A stretch of 11,314 nt of DNA from an uncultured archaeon (GCA_964426185.1 CAYRPF010000043.1:1-11314), one strand, 5' to 3'. Positions 1 through 7,001 are shown, counted from the first letter of the stretch. The notes: a model not told the origin generated them from the sequence alone. Program-made: numbers and translations.

Positions 1-24
1 AGAATAGAAAGAATAGAAAGAATA
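1..24. repeat. 9-bp tandem repeat (AGAATAGAA x ~2.7) at the left window edge
   Basis: agaatagaa|agaatagaa|agaata at 1-24. On the minus strand it reads as a T/C-rich tract just after the aminopeptidase stop, so it may double as a terminator. It may continue beyond the window. Confidence 0.75.
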
Positions 25-27
25 AAT

Positions 28-117
28 CTAGTGGTAGTGGGGTTGAAGACGCTTTCTTAATAAGATAATGCCCACTATCACTGATATACTTAAGAAAGGT
101 GTAGAAAATCCATCTAT
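28..117 (-). other. PGF-CTERM/Loki-CTERM-like protein sorting signal
   Basis: Acidic Thr/Asp linker (THTDDTDDSS), then I-D-G-F (codons at 117-106), a hydrophobic helix (STPFLSISVIVGIILL) and a basic cluster (RKR). This is the tripartite layout of archaeosortase substrates. Confidence 0.6.
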
Positions 118-2025
118 TTTTAATTGTTGGGAAGAATCATCAGTATCATCTGTGTGTGTTGGAATATACTGTATGGAAAGCTCGTTAAAATACTTATATT
201 GTTCTCCATCAGATTGTTCTGCTAAACCTAATTCACCATAGTATAAACCGAGTTTTTCAATCTTTCCATTAAAATTTAGCGAAAAATGAGAAGTTCCATT
301 AACAGTTATTGGGATTATTTCTAAAATTTCATAAGTATTACTGAAAAAAACCACCGAAATATTCTGAACATACTCATACTCATTTAAATTTTCATTTGCA
401 TCTATGATGCTAAAATTGAGTAAGTTATTAATCTGATCATATATGACATTTTCGTATTCGTATTCGGGCAGATAGTCGTTATTATACCAGCTATTAAAAA
501 ACCAAGATAAATCCTTTTCTGCAGCAATTTCAAATGCTGTTTGCATATCATTCAACCAAGCGATTTGAAATTTCATACTATCAAAGAATTGCTGTAATCC
601 TGTAAAGAATGTATCATTCCCAAGATATTGCCTAAGTTTTTCCAAAATCACTGGAGCTTCGTCGTAAGCCAAATCCCAATAAGATTCTCCCGCAGTATAT
701 ACCGATTGGTTGAGTCGCTGTGAAGTATAATCTCCATAAACATAATTGAATTTTCTGGTGGAAGTAACCTCTTTATAAAAGGTAAGATATCCTTGATCGG
801 GATAGACGGTATTCATGTAAAAATCTTCCATCCAACATGCCCAACCTTCATCTAAAAAGCCCGCATCAACTTCATCATTTCCAACCAAATGATAAAACCA
901 CTGATGCGCGGTCTCATGAGCAATAATTAATCTTAACATTCTTATTGGATCTTGATATAATGATGCGGATTCAGTAATGTAAACTTGACATGGATGCTCC
1001 ATTCCACCATAATGAGTGTATTCTTCTACCACATTAAACGATGGATAAGGATACATGCCGACGCTATATGAATATAATCTAACTGCACCGACTGCTGTTT
1101 CCAAAGCAATCCCTGCCCATAAATTCGATTCTTTGGGAAGAAAATAAGTGGAAATATTTGTTTCTTGATACATTGTACTTTCCACTTGAAAATAGCGGGA
1201 AGCCGAGAAAGTGATTTCACGCACAGGATAAATAGGGTCGAAGTACCTCACAATTTCACTTCCATTCACTTCGTTATGTGTTAAAGCTCCTGTAGCCGCG
1301 ACTACAAAGCCAAAAGGGGTTTGAACAGCCAGTTTATAAAAACCCATATCTGTATAGAATGGATCTCCAATATTCAAATATGGATCGAGATTCCAGCCAT
1401 CTTTTTCATCCCAAACACATGGCATTGGATAAGCAACGGCAAATTTTACAATGCGAGATTGGGAGTCATCATAGCCTGAATCGCTACATCTGTCAATACC
1501 TCCATCGGGTAAAGTTGTGATAAAATGAATAGAGAAAGAATCAGTAGAATTTTGGTTTAATTCAGTTGGTAGATCTATCCAAAGCAGTTGGTTGGAAACA
1601 TCAACAGAGAAATTATAGGATTCCTTTCCATTTGATATATTTTTTACCGATTGAATCTGAATAGAGCCCGCCCGAGATTCAAAATCCATCCCAAAAACAA
1701 ACAAATGAAATGGTATAGAAGAAAATACAATAGGATCGGCATTGTAGTAGGTTATATTCATGATACCTTCTACTTGTGAGGTGGTTTCATGAAATCTTAA
1801 CCAAATGGAATAATTTGATAGTTGGGAAAAATCCACATTCTTAACAGCATTAGATGCTATGATTCCTTTAGTCTCTTCAGATAATTCTGATAAAAGAAGA
1901 TTTGGATTGTGATTAGATTCAAAAGGAAAGATAAAAGAAGATTTGGATATAATTATCATAACTGTAAGCAAAATCATACTCAAACGAGTTTTATATGAAA
2001 TCATAATTGATAGTCTAATGATCAC
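28..2025 (-). CDS. M1 family zinc aminopeptidase, secreted and C-terminally membrane-anchored
   Basis: GGMEH (GAMEN-type exopeptidase motif) and HETAH-x18-E (HETAHQWFYHLVGNDEVDAGFLDEG) zinc motif; downstream 'LAYDEAPVILEKLRQYLG' matches the M1 Tyr region. N-terminal signal-like segment KTRLSMILLTVMIII. C-terminal IDGF + hydrophobic helix + RKR. The track start is a GTG at 2025; the ATG at 2004 (MISYK...) is a plausible alternative. Confidence 0.9.
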   Translation of the reverse strand: MIIRLSIMISYKTRLSMILLTVMIIISKSSFIFPFESNHNPNLLLSELSEETKGIIASNAVKNVDFSQLSNYSIWLRFHETTSQVEGIMNITYYNADPIVFSSIPFHLFVFGMDFESRAGSIQIQSVKNISNGKESYNFSVDVSNQLLWIDLPTELNQNSTDSFSIHFITTLPDGGIDRCSDSGYDDSQSRIVKFAVAYPMPCVWDEKDGWNLDPYLNIGDPFYTDMGFYKLAVQTPFGFVVAATGALTHNEVNGSEIVRYFDPIYPVREITFSASRYFQVESTMYQETNISTYFLPKESNLWAGIALETAVGAVRLYSYSVGMYPYPSFNVVEEYTHYGGMEHPCQVYITESASLYQDPIRMLRLIIAHETAHQWFYHLVGNDEVDAGFLDEGWACWMEDFYMNTVYPDQGYLTFYKEVTSTRKFNYVYGDYTSQRLNQSVYTAGESYWDLAYDEAPVILEKLRQYLGNDTFFTGLQQFFDSMKFQIAWLNDMQTAFEIAAEKDLSWFFNSWYNNDYLPEYEYENVIYDQINNLLNFSIIDANENLNEYEYVQNISVVFFSNTYEILEIIPITVNGTSHFSLNFNGKIEKLGLYYGELGLAEQSDGEQYKYFNELSIQYIPTHTDDTDDSSQQLKIDGFSTPFLSISVIVGIILLRKRLQPHYH

Positions 2026-2180
2026 TTAAATATTTAAAATTGAAGTATAATAAAATAACAAGTAAAAATTCGATTGAGCAAAAGTATTCAACCAGCAAAT
2101 TTTTACGATGGTGTTTGTAATATTTAAAACAACCATCAGTCACTATTTTTTAATCAAACAACTGCGGGCGTATTGAAGTT

Positions 2181-3371
2181 ATGAATGAAATGAACACAAA
2201 CTGGATTATCATAGTTGACTGCACGGAAAATATGAAAAAAACAGATTTCCGCCCCAGTAGATTTCATGTTGCATTAAAAGGCGTTCAAAAATTTATTCAA
2301 ATGAAATTCAAACTCTTTCCAGAAGAATTTCTAAGTATTTATATGTTTAGTAATAAAACTCAAATTTTAGCTCATTTAAGTCGCAATTCTCAAGATATTT
2401 TAAAGCAGTTAATGTCTCCTAAGTTTGTTCGTAACCAAGTTCCAGAAGGAAACGGAGAAGAATTGTTTTTTGCACTACAGAATGCAGTAGATTCCATAAG
2501 AAATCAAATAAAATTAATCGGAGGGCAAAAAAGCCGCATTATCATTATTTCTGGTTTACAAAAAATTTCATTTACACAAGAATTTAAAAATTTAATTGAA
2601 ATCATGCAGGAATTAAACATTGTAGTTGATATATTTATCCTTTCTAATAATTCTACCAATGAAATTGCAATTACCTCTCAATTTACTCCTTTTTTTAATA
2701 AGTTACATGGAAATCTCAGAATTGAAACATCTAAGCGAGATTTTTTTGACCATTTAATTTCTTATGCTAAAAGAAGTGATATGTTGGTCAATGCTCATCC
2801 ATTGCAAAGAACTGAAGGAGAAGCTACCAATGAATTAGTTGAAATTGCACAAGATTTACGAAAACCCACTGCAGAAGAAATTACTAATTTAAAAGATCCT
2901 TTAAGCATGATGCGGTGCCAAATCTGCTTTTCTAAAAAATCACCCATTGATCACAAGCATTTGAAAACAACTGGACGTTTTTGCCCTCTTTGTGGTATAC
3001 CAATGCATTTATCATGTGCAGGAATGTGGACGGATAAGACGGAAGAAGGAGCTAACTTGTTTCGTTGTCCTTATTGCTATACTCTCTTGAAAATTCCGAT
3101 GTATATCTTAAAAGGAATCAGAAGTCGGAAGTTTTTGGTGTCTGAAGAAGATAAAGAGAAATTTACGGTTAAAATGATTAGGGTAAAAAAAATTCCTCCG
3201 CAGATGGAAGATATGGATTGTGCCTACTGTCAACGTCCAATTATTGATACGAATCAAGTTAAGAAGATTTACAAGTGTTCTCATTGTAATGCATTTTATC
3301 ATGATGATTGTTTGAGTAAAATGTATAAGAAATCGAAAATCTGTGAGTGTTGTGGTAGAAAAATAATATGA
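2181..3371 (+). CDS. VWA-domain protein (Ssl1/p44- or Rpn10-like N-terminus) with two C-terminal C4HC3 RING/PHD-like zinc fingers
   Basis: N-terminus IIIVDCTENMKKTDFRPSRF resembles the first strand/MIDAS region of Ssl1/p44 and Rpn10 VWA domains; 'SRIIIISG' is a further VWA strand. Finger 1 (2916-3077): CQIC...CPLC-x4-H-x2-C...CPYC. Finger 2 (3219-3353): CAYC...CSHC-x4-H-x2-C...CECC. Confidence 0.8.
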   Translation: MNEMNTNWIIIVDCTENMKKTDFRPSRFHVALKGVQKFIQMKFKLFPEEFLSIYMFSNKTQILAHLSRNSQDILKQLMSPKFVRNQVPEGNGEELFFALQNAVDSIRNQIKLIGGQKSRIIIISGLQKISFTQEFKNLIEIMQELNIVVDIFILSNNSTNEIAITSQFTPFFNKLHGNLRIETSKRDFFDHLISYAKRSDMLVNAHPLQRTEGEATNELVEIAQDLRKPTAEEITNLKDPLSMMRCQICFSKKSPIDHKHLKTTGRFCPLCGIPMHLSCAGMWTDKTEEGANLFRCPYCYTLLKIPMYILKGIRSRKFLVSEEDKEKFTVKMIRVKKIPPQMEDMDCAYCQRPIIDTNQVKKIYKCSHCNAFYHDDCLSKMYKKSKICECCGRKII

Positions 3372-3429
3372 AGATTTTTTTTGTTACTTAAATCCAAAAA
3401 TTTGAAAATTAAGCCTCAATACTAGTGTT

Positions 3430-5514
3430 ATGACCGATAAAAAAAGAAAATGGGTAATTACATCTGCTTGGCCTTACGTTAATGCAATCCCACATTTAGG
3501 TAATTTGATAGGTTCAGTTCTTTCAGGTGATGTTTTTGCTCGTTATTGTCGCTTGAAAGGAGATCAAGTTTTATATGTATCGGGTTCAGATGTCCATGGA
3601 ACTCCAGTTGCTGTGTCCGCTATAGAAGAAAAAGTAACACCCGAAGAGTTGGCATATAAAAATCACCAAACAATTAAAAAACTCTTTGAAAAATGGGAAA
3701 TTTCCTATGATAATTATACCCAAACACATAACCCTGTCCATATTAAGTTTACTCAAGATTTTTATCGCCAAGTAGAGAAAAATGGATTCGTCTCGACAAA
3801 GACGCAAGAAGTATTCTACTGTGAACATGATAATCTTTACTTACCTGATAGATTCGTCGTGGGAATATGCCCATATTGTGGTTCTGAATATGCTCGAGGT
3901 GATCAATGCGATACTTGTGGAAAACTTCTGGAACCTGAAGACTTAATAAATCCAAAATGCAAACATTGCCATAAAACCCCAGTTAAACGTGAAACCACGC
4001 ATTGGTATTTAGATTTTAATAAATGTGAAGATGGAATTCGTAAATTTGTTGAAAATAATAAATATATTCCTGCTAATGCACGAACAATGTCGTTAAACTT
4101 TTTAAAAGAAGGATTGCCAAGCCGGGCGATTACGCGTGATTTAGAATGGGGGATTCCTGCACCATTCAAAGGAGCGGAAAATAAAAGCATCTATGTGTGG
4201 TTTGAAGCCGTTTTGGGATATATTTCTGCAGTTAAGGAATGGGCGGAAAAAATTAAGGAAAATCCTTCCTTATTTGATGAATTTTGGCATGATCCTAATA
4301 TGCAATCTGTCTATTTTATTGGTAAAGACAATATTATCTTTCATTTAATCATATTTCCTGGGTTGTTGGTTGCATATAATAAAGAATTACCTCAAGAAAA
4401 GCAATTTACCATGCCGTATAATGTTTCTTCCACCGAATTTCTTAACTATGAAAATGACAAATTCTCAAAATCGAGAAAAGTAGGAATTTGGATTGATGAA
4501 GCCTTAGAACTTGCTCCCGTGGAGTATTGGCGCTATTCTCTTCTTCGAAATCGACCAGAAAAACAAGATACCAATTTTCTCTGGAATCAATTTGAAAATG
4601 ATATCATGGAGCTGAACGATATTATCGGCAATTTCATTCACCGAACCCTTTCATTTATTTCAAAAAGATTCGAAGGTAAAGTTCCAGAAAAACCTACTGA
4701 TGAAGAACTCGATGAAGAAGATAAAAAGCTGATTGTAATTATTCATTCTGCCCCAGAACGTGTTGGAAATTTATTAGAACATTTTCATCTCAAAGAAGCT
4801 TTAAATGAAATTATTAAAATAGCCAGAAATGGAAATGTATATATAAACAATAAAGCACCTTGGAAATTAATGAAAACTGATAAGAAAAGAGCAGGTTATA
4901 CCTTTTATTTAGCTGCACAAATGGTGAGAACTCTAGCAGTATTATTGACTCCATATATTCCTGGGGTAAGTAAGAAAATTTTTCTTGCGTTAGGTAATAA
5001 CGAATCGCCAGATAAAATTAGATGGGAATCTGCAGCAGAATTGCGGGTTCAACCTCATACCAAAATTCCTCTGGCTAAACCATTATTTCAGAAATTAGAT
5101 GTGAAAGAATTGCAAAAAAAATTGGATTTACTTCACGGAATTGTACCAAATGAAGATACCGAACTTAAAAAGCAATCTTCATCTACTCTAATTTCTTATG
5201 ATGATTTTATTAAATTGGATTTGCGAACTGGAACGATAGTAAATGCAGAAAAAGTTCCCGAAACTTCTCATTTATTGAAACTACAAGTTGATACTGGAGA
5301 AAAATCTCTGCGAACAATTGTCGCAGGTGTAGGAAAAACATATTCTGCAGAAGAATTGGTCGGTACTCAAATAATAGTATTGGTAAATTTAGAACCTAAG
5401 ACCATTAAAGGAATTACCTCTCATGGCATGCTGTTGGCCGTGGATTTGAAAAAGAAGGGTACAACATTATTACGTCCCGAAAAATCAATTCCAAATGGTT
5501 CCAAAATTCGATGA
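3430..5514 (+). CDS. metG: Methionine--tRNA ligase (archaeal type, with C-terminal Trbp111-like tRNA-binding domain)
   Basis: ITSAWPYVNAIPHLGN (HIGH motif), GSDVHG, zinc knuckles (CPYC...CDTC...CKHC), ITRDLEWGI, YVWFEA, FIGKDNIIFH, KFSKS (KMSKS motif), and a C-terminal OB domain (ISYDDFIKLDLRTG...NLEPKTIKGITSHGMLL). Confidence 0.98.
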   Translation: MTDKKRKWVITSAWPYVNAIPHLGNLIGSVLSGDVFARYCRLKGDQVLYVSGSDVHGTPVAVSAIEEKVTPEELAYKNHQTIKKLFEKWEISYDNYTQTHNPVHIKFTQDFYRQVEKNGFVSTKTQEVFYCEHDNLYLPDRFVVGICPYCGSEYARGDQCDTCGKLLEPEDLINPKCKHCHKTPVKRETTHWYLDFNKCEDGIRKFVENNKYIPANARTMSLNFLKEGLPSRAITRDLEWGIPAPFKGAENKSIYVWFEAVLGYISAVKEWAEKIKENPSLFDEFWHDPNMQSVYFIGKDNIIFHLIIFPGLLVAYNKELPQEKQFTMPYNVSSTEFLNYENDKFSKSRKVGIWIDEALELAPVEYWRYSLLRNRPEKQDTNFLWNQFENDIMELNDIIGNFIHRTLSFISKRFEGKVPEKPTDEELDEEDKKLIVIIHSAPERVGNLLEHFHLKEALNEIIKIARNGNVYINNKAPWKLMKTDKKRAGYTFYLAAQMVRTLAVLLTPYIPGVSKKIFLALGNNESPDKIRWESAAELRVQPHTKIPLAKPLFQKLDVKELQKKLDLLHGIVPNEDTELKKQSSSTLISYDDFIKLDLRTGTIVNAEKVPETSHLLKLQVDTGEKSLRTIVAGVGKTYSAEELVGTQIIVLVNLEPKTIKGITSHGMLLAVDLKKKGTTLLRPEKSIPNGSKIR

Positions 5515-5672
5515 ATGAAATTTTCTGTAATTATTCTTTTTTCATCTCCCTTGATCTTTTACTGTTCAATTAATAGATTTTTAACACCCGTATAAAATTC
5601 AAATCCACATAAATTGTTTTGATATATCTTGAAATAAAAAAATTGATAAATAATTAGAACTATAAATCAATC

Positions 5673-5680
5673 GGAGGCGA
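5673..5680 (+). promoter_or_regulatory. Shine-Dalgarno sequence GGAGGCGA for the selenoprotein gene
   Basis: GGAGGCGA (one mismatch to the archaeal consensus GGAGGTGA) ends 4 nt before the ATG at 5685. A GC-rich motif like this stands out in the very AT-rich intergenic region. Confidence 0.85.
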
Positions 5681-5684
5681 TCCG

Positions 5685-6008
5685 ATGGAAATCTCGGAGC
5701 AAGCCAAGGCATTTTTAGAACGGCACAAGAATGATTTTGAAAATCCAGTACTTTTAGTTTACTATGCACGATCTAAAGGTTGATGAGGAATTCAACGGAA
5801 AGTTAAGGTGAAGTATCAAGAATCGCCTTTTAAATCAGATAATCCTGATAATAATTTGCATTGGGGAAAAGCAAATTTTATCCCATATCCAGTAGAAGGA
5901 TGTCCCGTATCAGTATATCTCGATACGGAAATGCAAACTTTGGTTGAAAAGGCGATGATTGATATGGAAAAAATGGGAATGTACAAATTCCTTACCTTGA
6001 CCTATTAA
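5685..6008 (+). CDS. HesB-like (seleno)protein, 107 aa, with two adjacent UGA codons predicted as Sec33-Sec34 (motif KG-U-U-G)
   Basis: ATG 5685 is in frame with the track ORF at 5808 (123 nt = 41 codons); the only interruptions are TGA TGA at 5781-5786. Translation: MEISEQAKAFLERHKNDFENPVLLVYYARSKGUUGIQRKVKVKYQESPFKSDNPDNNLHWGKANFIPYPVEGCPVSVYLDTEMQTLVEKAMIDMEKMGMYKFLTLTY. The N-terminal 'M.IS..AK.FL', a beta strand leading to a Gly-flanked Sec/Cys, and C-terminal 'VYLD......E...ID' recall HesB/IscA-fold proteins and the methanococcal HesB-like selenoprotein. Strong SD upstream, SECIS downstream. Confidence 0.85.
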
Positions 6009-6013
6009 CCAAC

Positions 6014-6108
6014 TCAAGAAAAAGCATTACTAAATGATAAAATCTCTCAAAGTGAAGGAGTTTTTTGATAGAAATGGCAAAAATTCGTGCTTTTTCTTGA
6101 ATTTTTTC
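6014..6108 (+). terminator. Perfect 13-bp inverted repeat enclosing the SECIS, followed by oligo-T (probable transcript 3' end)
   Basis: TCAAGAAAAAGCA (6014-6026) is the exact reverse complement of TGCTTTTTCTTGA (6088-6100), followed by ATTTTTTC (6101-6108). Confidence 0.6.
6024..6078 (+). ncRNA. Eukaryote-type (form 1) SECIS element in the 3' UTR
   Basis: A6034-TGAT(6035-6038) opposite TGAT(6066-6069) gives the non-Watson-Crick quartet with tandem G.A pairs. Helix II: AAAA(6039-42)/TTTT(6062-65), a U.U mismatch, then CTCT(6044-47)/GGAG(6057-60). AAA at 6049-6051 lies 11 nt after ATGA, in the apical loop. Helix I: CATT-CT(6025-31)/AG-AATG(6070-76). Confidence 0.85.
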
Positions 6109-6133
6109 ATTATCTATTTAAATTCAATTTTTT

Positions 6134-6181
6134 AGAAAGTTTATTTATAAGGAATTTCTTTTATTTGAATAGAAAAGAAAT
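6134..6181 (+). promoter_or_regulatory. Possible BRE/TATA promoter plus 9-bp inverted repeat upstream of the 6203 gene
   Basis: Purine-rich AGAAAG, then TTTATTTATAA (TATA-like TTTATAA at 6144-6150). ATTTCTTTT (6154-6162) and AAAAGAAAT (6173-6181) form an inverted repeat. GAGGG at 6191-6195 precedes the ATG at 6203. The AT-rich background limits confidence. Confidence 0.35.
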
Positions 6182-6202
6182 CTATTTTTTGAGGGAAAAA
6201 TC

Positions 6203-6988
6203 ATGGTGCATTATAAGGATCCTGTTTTACATCATAACGACTCAAATGAGGAAAATGATAACAACTTCCAAGAATCGGATGATTCGATTGTAATTCCCGA
6301 GTGGACAATAGATGAAGACGGGATTCCATATTGTACAAAACAGACAGATTATCAAAAAATCATTGAGTCAAATTTAAAAAAACGTTTTCCTCATGAATTT
6401 GAAAAAATGCTTCACTGCCATCATTGTGAGCATTATCGTCAAGATGATTGTTATTTTCCCAAATCAGAAATAGATAAGATTGAAAATGATAGAAATTCTT
6501 TACGTATTCGCTGTCAACTTTGCGGAGCAAAAATCGATCGGTTATTTTCAATTTTGATGAGTCTTTATTATAAAGAGAAATTTGGAGTTAACATGCCAGT
6601 TATATGTTGTTCGTGTTATAATTCTTTGGAAAACAACACATATGAGCGAAATTCCAAACGTCGTATGATTTTATTTGTAATTAGTTTCTTAACTTCGTTT
6701 TACTTTCTTAGCACCTATCTTATTTCACTATTTCAGTTTCAATGGCTGGGATTTCTTTTCTTTTTGCTCCCATTTACATTTTGGGGATATATTTCAATAC
6801 GGGATTTAAAAAATATATACTATCTCCACAAAGGGCGCAAATATTATAAACAAATCACGCAAGCTTCTGAGGTAGAAGTTGAATCTCCTGAAGATCTCGG
6901 TCTTGAACGAAGAGAAGCATTATTAGATAAAGATGATAAAGAAAAACCAGATGGAGGTGCTTTTCATTCTCCAGGATATGAATATTGA
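6203..6988 (+). CDS. Hypothetical membrane protein with Cys-rich, putatively metal-binding N-terminal domain and two TM helices
   Basis: 261-aa ORF with SD-like GAGGG. Motifs: PYC, CHHCEHY-x4-C, CQLC and CCSC. Two hydrophobic segments (MILFVISFLTSFYFLSTYLISLF; WLGFLFFLLPFTFWGYISI). Both termini are acidic. Confidence 0.8.
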   Translation: MVHYKDPVLHHNDSNEENDNNFQESDDSIVIPEWTIDEDGIPYCTKQTDYQKIIESNLKKRFPHEFEKMLHCHHCEHYRQDDCYFPKSEIDKIENDRNSLRIRCQLCGAKIDRLFSILMSLYYKEKFGVNMPVICCSCYNSLENNTYERNSKRRMILFVISFLTSFYFLSTYLISLFQFQWLGFLFFLLPFTFWGYISIRDLKNIYYLHKGRKYYKQITQASEVEVESPEDLGLERREALLDKDDKEKPDGGAFHSPGYEY

Positions 6989-7001
6989 AAAGAAGAAAAA
7001 A
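6989..7001 (-). terminator. Oligo-T archaeal terminator after the UPF0147 gene (13-bp gap between convergent genes)
   Basis: The minus strand reads TTTTTTCTTCTTT immediately after the TAA stop at 7004-7002. Confidence 0.5.

Noticed and set aside
1026-1220. 64-aa alternative-frame ORF inside the aminopeptidase
   Set aside because: Fully nested in a well-supported CDS, with no recognisable motifs.
3108-4190. Antisense ORFs 3108-3302, 3586-3828, 3749-3955 and 3903-4190
   Set aside because: Shadow ORFs opposite the VWA gene and metG, with no motifs or translation signals.
5512-5595. Possible Sec read-through of the metG TGA stop, given a SECIS about 500 nt downstream
   Set aside because: MetRS ends at the usual C-terminus of the Trbp111-like domain (..NGSKIR), and the extension is low-complexity T-rich intergenic sequence.
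5787-5840. Bacterial-type SECIS immediately downstream of the UGAs
   Set aside because: No convincing hairpin is visible there by eye; the 3' UTR element fits the eukaryote-type consensus far better.
5808-6008. 66-aa ORF with GTG start as a stand-alone gene
   Set aside because: It is in frame with the SD-preceded ATG at 5685 and is better explained as the C-terminal part of the UGA-recoded gene.
5685-6008. Pseudogene or alternative genetic code (UGA = Trp/Gly) explanation for TGA-TGA
   Set aside because: Four other genes in the window end in TGA (metG at its canonical C-terminus) and Trp is TGG. There are no frameshifts or other stops, the UGAs sit at the expected Cys/Sec site, and a SECIS follows. 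A pseudogene is not formally excluded without homolog alignment.
6087-6293. 68-aa + strand ORF
   Set aside because: Phe/Leu-rich translation of AT-rich terminator/promoter DNA that overlaps the 6203 gene in another frame.
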